Assembly: GCA_050230475.1 (NCBI GenBank)
Contig: JBFLGF010000062.1
Location: forward strand, 62,001 to 85,095
Direction: 5' to 3'
Length of the DNA: 23,095 nucleotides
Source of the DNA: Ancylonema sp.
Taxonomy: Eukaryota
Part shown: positions 12,473 to 23,095 of the stretch, one piece after another
Position numbering within the stretch: position 1 is the stretch's first letter
Layout: every line of letters starts with the position of its first letter
The notes under the pieces: generated by a model
What the model was told of the DNA's origin: nothing
Databases searched by the model: none
Seen by the model: the letters and a program-made list of their open reading frames with translations, nothing else
Program-made: the position numbers and the translations under genes

Positions 12473-13925
12473 CAGGGTTGCACAATACGCACTAAAACAC
12501 TGATTTATCATACGCTAAATATGCGTATTGTGCACCCAACGTATTAATACACTAAAATACGCTTTGCAATACGCTAAATTGCGAACTTGTATTAATTTCG
12601 AAGAGATCGGGCGCGATCGGAACTTGTCTTACAATTATCGCAATCGGGGCGGCTGGACGTGCCAGATGGGATCGGTAGGGTAATTGGGTCATCGATGCTG
12701 GAATCAGTCGATGAACGGGTAATTACACTTAAAGTGTCGACAAGAATGGGTAATGTCGATGTAGTTGGAGTGCAGATAGGAGGCTATACTATCGTAACTG
12801 AGAGTACGATGCTCGCTTGAATCGCGGCAGTGATCGTAAACGATCACACAAACGAGGCAATTTTTGGGATTTATTCGCTTTACTACTCACTACTAGCAAG
12901 CTATCACACGCTACTCTTACTTGACGGCTGATAATAACGAGAGCGACACAAGATTACATCAAAAGACGCGTCGATTCTTGATCAGCAAGCAATCGATTTT
13001 GGTACAGTTCTGAAAGCTTGTTAACAGCAACAAAAGATAAGTGCGAATGGATTGCACGGATGTGTAGTGATACACTTAATGCCTAAGTACACATCCATTT
13101 AGAGCCCTTTGTTGGCTTGTAGGAATAATTGTCGTTGTATCGAGTGGCATGTTCTTTATGTGTGATGCATGTGTTGTTTTGAGTTGTGCATGGAAGTTGA
13201 TCCGTTGCTATAAGTTGTTGCGCGGGTGGTTACTTAGTATCTTGAGTCATGCATTGGAGTCGACTAGAATTGTGCTAAGGTCGAGCGGTTTTGAGTGGAG
13301 TTGTTTAGTCGATATATGCCGTTATATGCGGTTGTAGCCGGTTGCAATACCAGCCGAGTGTCGATGCATATTTGTTGCACAGTGTGCATTTGTGTGCACC
13401 AATAGCTAGAGAATATTAAACGTCCACATTGTGTGGAAACGACATGTGTCATTTGGGTAATTAAAAGTTTGTTACGAACGACGGTTGTCCCCGTTGATTC
13501 TAGAAGCCCTCAACCGTCCACATAGGCAAAGCGTAGGATAAGTGGTTCCCTTGTACCCACACAATTTTAATTTACTACTACGCTCTCAATTGACCAAGTG
13601 TCTCCGTTTGATTGCTTTTTTTTGCGCGGATGTGTCCTCGCGTTTCTGTAGATTCATATTATTTCTTTGAGCAAATCTCGAGAGTCGAGTTGTCATTGGT
13701 CCCCTATGGAGGACCCAACAGGATGAGCGTAAGCTCGGTAATGAAAATAGATGATTTGTGATGCTACCATTCTACTTCCGGATATCTGTGGGGTCTAAAA
13801 CCGTGAGGATTCGCATATTTAATATTAATACGCGTATTTTCAAAACGTGAAAAAAACCAATACGTGAAATACGGCGTACTGTGACCCCAACGTATTTATA
13901 GCGTATTGCATATTGTGCAACCCTG
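12473..13925. mobile_element. Non-autonomous hAT element (nnnTAnnn target, Buster-like)
   Basis: Perfect 15-bp TIRs CAGGGTTGCACAATA / TATTGTGCAACCCTG. 8-bp TSD ATCTAGGA (12465-12472) / ATTTAGGA (13926-13933), 7 of 8 matching. Subterminal AATACG/CGTATT repeats at both ends. Confidence 0.9.
12656..13062 (+). repeat. Dispersed repeat copy A (inverted homolog of 15561-15970)
   Basis: For example GAGCGACACAAGATTACATCAA and GCGTCGATTCTTGATCAGCAAGCAATCGATT are reverse complements of segments in 15627-15685; collinear over ~400 bp. Confidence 0.9.
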
Positions 13926-15560
13926 ATTTAGGATTGTGCGTTCTCAAATACACGAACTTTAAAACCCATGAATAAAGACCCTCAACGATAATCCTAATAA
14001 GTACCGATATTTCTTGAACCTTAAAAGTACTTCACTAGCTATGTACCTAAGCGGTAAAGCATGCCCATATAAAGGCCGTGAAATTCATTTTTGTGTCTAA
14101 TTTAATCGAAATTCCCCCGATCGGTATCAAGGTTTCATCATGAAACTGATGTGTAACCTTGTCATATTGCAAATATTTTCCTACCGAACAGTATCAATAT
14201 AACTCGTAACCCGTAACTCGTAATAATCGAAAGGTACCCCAAAGATTAGAGTCATGTGTGGTCATTCTATGCATGGTCCTTTGGTGAATTTTAATACATC
14301 GATTCATCCATGTTGTATAATGTTCTGGTAAAAAATACAGTTACGGTTGCTTAGTTAAGTTATCTTTATTGTTGTACAAAGCGGTTGAAACCGCTTTCAA
14401 ACCGGTTTCGAGATGGAACCGGTTTGGAATCGGGCGAATATGGTGATTTTGTGGGTTCTCCTTGTTCCCCCAGTGATACCCACTGAAACCTATTATTACT
14501 TTCACAAAATTTTACGCAAGGAAATAATATTTATTGCGGGTAACAAAAATTGCGGGTGGCTACCACTTATGGTTAGTACTGTTGTAACTATATCATTTTT
14601 TTAATTTTTTTTTGTAAATACATTTCGCGTCAATTTCATCTTAATAAAATCATCGGAATGAAAATAGTGGCGTCTTAGTCTTTCAGAAATGGAAATTGAG
14701 GAATGCAAGAGCATGAATGGTATGCCATTGTTTCAAGTGGCATGACAAGACTCAAGAATGGAATCGCATCGAAATGCGAGCATAACATGTATAATGTAAA
14801 ATATGTGTTTCTAATGATGTTTGTAATGGATTTTATTTTAATGGATATCATTTATTTCGTAAATACTGATTGATTACCCATATCTGGCTACAAAATAAAA
14901 AACAACTAATGTGTCATGCATGTATGAATCATCACCTAGAAACCCTTCTGGTATAATCAGAATATTAAAATAGTCGCACCGCTATGTTTTTCCGCCCCCG
15001 CTCATTTCATTCCGAGTTTCGTCGGTGACCGGCGTCCTTTTTATTAAGTTTCGAGTAGTCAACCTTTGACTAGCTCCCCTTTGTATTTGAATTGATTAGA
15101 CTACGTGTCAGACTTGTCATCGATAGCAATCGTGACCATAGCTCTTTAGATCAACAACTCAGAATTAGATCAACAACTCAGAATCAATTAGAGATGGCGC
15201 GCCGAGTTGAAGATGTTCCTTGCCACGCGTATCCCAGCGAGCGCGCGAGTAGATTATTCGAGTTTGACAATAAAGACTCCTCTTGTAAAACTTTCAATTC
15301 TCAGCTTTCGCTGAATTTGACGCTGAAGAGATTTTCCTTGCACACCATTATTTTCCTCGACACTCTGAATTCTTTGCCTGGCGCAATTTGTGATCTTTTG
15401 CTTTCGCAACATCGTGTGTATCGAGCGTTCGCTCATTTGTGATTACTTTGCATCAAGCTGTCGCTTTGCAATTTGTGAATTACCATCGTTACCGAAGTTA
15501 TGGATTGTCTGACCTGCTGCGCAGTCAAAAATCACATGTTTGAATTACCGAGCGTTCGCT

Positions 15561-15970
15561 CATCCGTGCAATCCATTCGCCACATCTCTTTTGCTGCTAT
15601 TTGCAAGCTCTGCAAAATTGTATCACAATCGATTGCTTGCTGATCAAGAATCGACGCATCTCTTGATGTAATCTTGTGTCGCTCTCGTTACTTTTAAGCC
15701 GTCAAGTAAGAGCAACGTGTGGTAGCTTGCTAGCAGTGAGTAGTACAGTGATTATAGCTCGAAAACTACCTCGTTTGTGTGATTTTTTACAATCACTGCC
15801 GCGATTCAAGCGAGCACCGTACTCTCAGTTACGATATTCCACCCTCCTATCTGCACTTCCACTACATCGACAAAACCCCCTTCTGTCGATACTTTGAGTG
15901 CGATTACCCCTTCATCGACTGATTCCATCATCGATGACCCATTTACCCTACCAATCTTATTTGGCACGTC
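15561..15970 (-). repeat. Dispersed repeat copy B (inverted homolog of 12656-13062)
   Basis: Reverse-complement alignment by eye, roughly 80% identity with few indels. Confidence 0.9.
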
Positions 15971-17896
15971 AAATGCGTCGAATGAACCGGAGGAATACAA
16001 CCCTCAGCAACGGTCTTGTTTTTTTTATTTATTTATTATTTTATACCGAACCGTGGACCATTTCGGGGGAACCGTCTCTTCTAAGATCCGGTTCGGAAAT
16101 GACTATATGTAATTGAAAGTCACATGAAAATTGGTTCCATGGGATTTGGAGAGAGTAAACATGACTCAATCTGAAATTTATGTCCGTCCCAAGGATTACA
16201 ATATTCGACATGTTGTGCTGTAGTACTAGTGAGGTGAACCCCGGAGGTGACTAAAAAGGATGTAAAAGCGTGCAAGCCAAAACACGATGGCCTACTCGTA
16301 CACATAAATTATCGGTACAAAAGGATTATGGCATATGGAAGCAATGGTGCAATGCTTCCATGTGAAGGGTTATGCACTTTGACCGATCAAAATAGGGTCA
16401 AGAATATAACACTTTTGCATGACCGATGTGTGAGAACTTTCTTCTGCCATCTTTGCAAGAATAAAGTTCAACTCTTAATCAACTCATGAATCAATCGAGC
16501 ACGACATTACAAGCATTAACACAACAAAAGTGCAAGCTTGAGATAGAAAGTTTGATTACAGGATCTTGCATGCAAGTCCACACTTAGTACAGTTGAGTGT
16601 CATCGACAGAACGTCTAAGTCAACATATCGAAACTATCTGAGTCAACACCAATCACAACTAAGCATTACGCCACATCGACATTACGACATTACGCCACAT
16701 TCGATGAGCGTTCGTTCGTTCGACGCTCGTTGACAAACAATCCACGAATACGAAGCAAAATCGATGTAGATATAAATACTTTGCACCGTCGAGTGCACGT
16801 TTGCATAAGTGCTCTCGCAAGCAACAAGAATTGCTACAACCATAGTTACCTGGACGGGCAAACCAATTTTTGGGACCGAGGTCCACCCTAGTCCGAGAGG
16901 CGGACTAGGACGGACTCCGCGGTTCTTATATTCTTCTTGGCGGGCATTCTTTGGGCGAAGCTGGACATTGCGGGGAATTTCAGCCTAATCGTGTTATTAC
17001 CATTGTTGAACATGCACAATATCCACTTGATCACGAAGACATGTTTCCGGAATTGTTTTGTCACCAAGAGCTTCGACCCCAAATAAAAATTAGAAAGCAC
17101 CCGCGTGCCTCCGTCTGAGGTATTGGCCTCAGAGGACGGACCTTGGTCCCACATGCGGACTTTAAAACCCGGTTCTGATTGTGTGTGCAACTATGGCTAC
17201 AGTAAAGCACGTTGCCAGGAATGCCAGAATAATCCCGATTACAACGATTATTAACTCATGACAAAAGATGGTTAACTCTGAGAACAATTGGAACGTCATC
17301 TAAATCGAGGTATACTTTGTGGCTAGACGACATGCTTTGATACACACGTTCAAATTTAGACTCCTACTCTTTGTTGTACGAAATGTTCACTTCTATAAGA
17401 TAAAAGACCTCGTTCATCGCACACTTTTATTTGATTGACCTGTTTAGATGACAACGCCACTTGTGCTAACCTATTGATCACGGTTTATGACACATTGAGA
17501 CATCAACACGTTTATGTCGTGCTCCGAACATAAGTCGGCTATTGGTCAAATGATGTTCACTTCCACTGGTACTTTGAGACATCGATAGAGTCTACCGTTT
17601 CAGCATGTCACATGTTCTCAGTTCCATGATAAACACATGTAACTAAATCAGTATATACAATCATATAGTAGTACGATACCAACGAAAGAGTACCAAGACC
17701 ACCGTGCGTGGTAAACTACCACCTGCATTTACAACAAAAACAGGTCTAAGGATATGGATATCCTTTTGGGACTGCAATGACCCGGTTGCTAGGGTACTAA
17801 AATGCGATAGAACTGCCATCAAAACTTTGGCGGTGGTAAGTTTTAAAATCAACCCACGACATCACTGTCGTTACATCACTCCCCTTGTCCATAAGT

Positions 17897-21459
<3,563 letters not shown>

Positions 21460-22036
21460 ATGTGCTCAGGCTCAAGGGCTTTTTTTTTGTATAACCTATT
21501 GTGCAAATGATTAGAAAGAAGCAGGTTCCGTGCAACAGGTGCTTACCGCGCACCAAACTCCACTTCAGTTCGGAACGCTCTTATCCACCCGGACCAATTC
21601 AGTTAACGAATAGAAGTTTACAGCATTTATCTGCCCCTCGACAATAATGACTACTTTCTCGCTGATTTGAACTCGGAAAAAAAGTAGAAAGAAGTCAGAG
21701 TAGATAAGCATATTACAGATTACATATTACATACACTATTTAAGAACATTCCCAGAACTTGAGGAATCCGAATTCCTGAATTCCTTTGCACGCCTCTCAA
21801 TCCACCCTCACAAACGGTGTGCTTCATAACGACAAAACTGCCCTGGATGATGTCGCCCTGCTGGACCTGTCTCCCTGTCTGCGTACGTGGAAGCATAGCC
21901 AAAAAACGTGCCCTGACCCAATATTTACGTCTAAGAACTGAAGCTTTCATTTTAAATCCCAAGTATTGTACATTTACGGCCTAATTATTGTTTGTCAATC
22001 CCTGTGGTCCACAGGGCTTCCACAGGGCTGTGGAAG

Positions 22037-22244
22037 TAGACTGGGCACCCAACCGCCGACCGCCCACCGCCACCCGCCAGCTTCCCGACCGCCGCACAAC
22101 CGGTGGCCAACCGCCATTTCAACGGACCTCTGTCCAGCCGGGATACCGCCACCCAACTGTCCAACCGCCACCCAACTGCAAACTGCCGGCTGGTGCAGTT
22201 GGGCGGTTAGATGGCGGTTGGAGCGGTTGGATGGCGGTTGGGCG
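22037..22244. mobile_element. MITE-like element with opposed (A/C)ACCGCC subterminal repeats, ends degenerate
   Basis: ACCGCC repeats on the left and GGCGGTT repeats on the right; CCCAACCGCC / GGCGGTTGGG inverted pair; no TSD found. Confidence 0.6.
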
Positions 22245-22451
22245 TAGATAGATATTCCTGAGTAGGGGCGTGAATAGTCTACGTGTAAGAATTTGAGGTC
22301 CAATCAGAATCAAGGTTAAGAGCTCGATTATCAACGGCCGATGAAAATCGGGAAAACCCGGGGCCTCCCTGGCACATTTGCATGTACGAACAATGCAAAA
22401 TACACGTGCGGGACTCATTTCCCGCACGAAAACCATCTCATTAGAGTCTAA

Positions 22452-23067
22452 AAATACCCACCAGTATTTATTTTGGAAGACACTTATCCATTTGGAGATC
22501 TGGTGAAGGTAATTCGAGATACAACCACACTCATCAAGTCCCTTTTGGGATTTCCAGCAGTTGCCGACGCATGCAGTTTCGGTAGCACAGCCCACTTTGT
22601 TAGATGCATCTGGACAAACTGGATATCACCAGATGTATTGAAACTGGCTATTCCTGACACTCCGGAATTACCACTTATGTCAACCATTCTAGAACCACAT
22701 CATCGACCTAACAAGGTGCTTAAAGATGATAAACCACCATTCACTCCAGTTAACAAAAGTGGCGAACTACGTCGTGCACTACTGACACTTGTTCCGTACC
22801 CAGGCAGTTACCAATTTAAGTTTCAAGGGTACAACCAACCACGCCCTCGAATGTTTTACAGCACGGAGAAACATGACTGGGAGGAAGCAAATGTCTGGGA
22901 ACGTGAAAGACTTATGGGTTTTGACAATGGAGATACATGTGCACCAGGCATTTCAGAGAATGCAAGCAAAAGCAATGCTGGGACGCACAATGGATCGCAA
23001 CATGGCTAAATGGTTGGGAGGTATTCTCATGGCTATACATGCACTTCCATCTTACAGCCTTGCATAG
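22452..23067 (+). pseudogene. C-terminal half of a C5-cytosine DNA methyltransferase (retrotransposon-associated DNMT type), degenerate
   Basis: PPVFILEDTYP (motif VI-like, ENx changed to EDT); ADACSFGSTAHFVRCIWTN (motif VIII-like); DDKPPFTPVNKSGELRRALLTLVPYPGSY; EEANVWERERLMGFDNGDTCAPGISENA (motif IX-like). After a +1 frameshift near 22967: RKAMLGRTMDRNMAKWL (motif X-like). In-frame TAA at 22449; motifs I and IV not found upstream. Confidence 0.8.
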
Positions 23068-23095
23068 GGTACACACCCCACCTTGCCAACCAAGG

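Noticed and set aside
15146..15183. 19-bp tandem duplication TTAGATCAACAACTCAGAA
   Set aside because: Two copies with no spacer; ordinary slippage, not a CRISPR-like array.
15806..16000. Short ORF open in both copies of the inverted repeat
   Set aside because: Differences between the copies are mostly amino-acid changing and no domain is recognisable.
22000..22036. PCGPQGFHRA resembling DNMT motif IV (PCQGFS.A)
   Set aside because: Explained by the twin hairpins; it has a 2-residue insertion, no motif I upstream and no continuity with the DNMT fragment.

Overview
Eukaryotic nuclear DNA that looks plant-like, most plausibly a streptophyte alga or early land plant (inference from gene families, tRNA sequence and repeat types). 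Manual splicing gives two minus-strand genes: an 11-exon TPT/SLC35C2-like transporter (5442-11066) and a 5-exon universal stress protein (17897-21459). A tRNA-Gly(CCC) lies head-to-head with the transporter. Intergenic DNA and introns are dense with non-autonomous DNA transposons: three hAT-type elements with 8-bp TSDs and several pogo/Tc1-like TA-TSD MITEs. Two of these are filled by long microsatellites, (AAT)n and (TA)n. The window ends in a frameshifted C-terminal half of a C5-cytosine DNA methyltransferase resembling the retrotransposon-borne type. The most notable items are this DNMT relic, an in-frame TAG in the first exon of the otherwise intact transporter, and a ~770-bp foldback palindrome inside a USP intron. 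All homology calls are from recalled motifs, not database searches.
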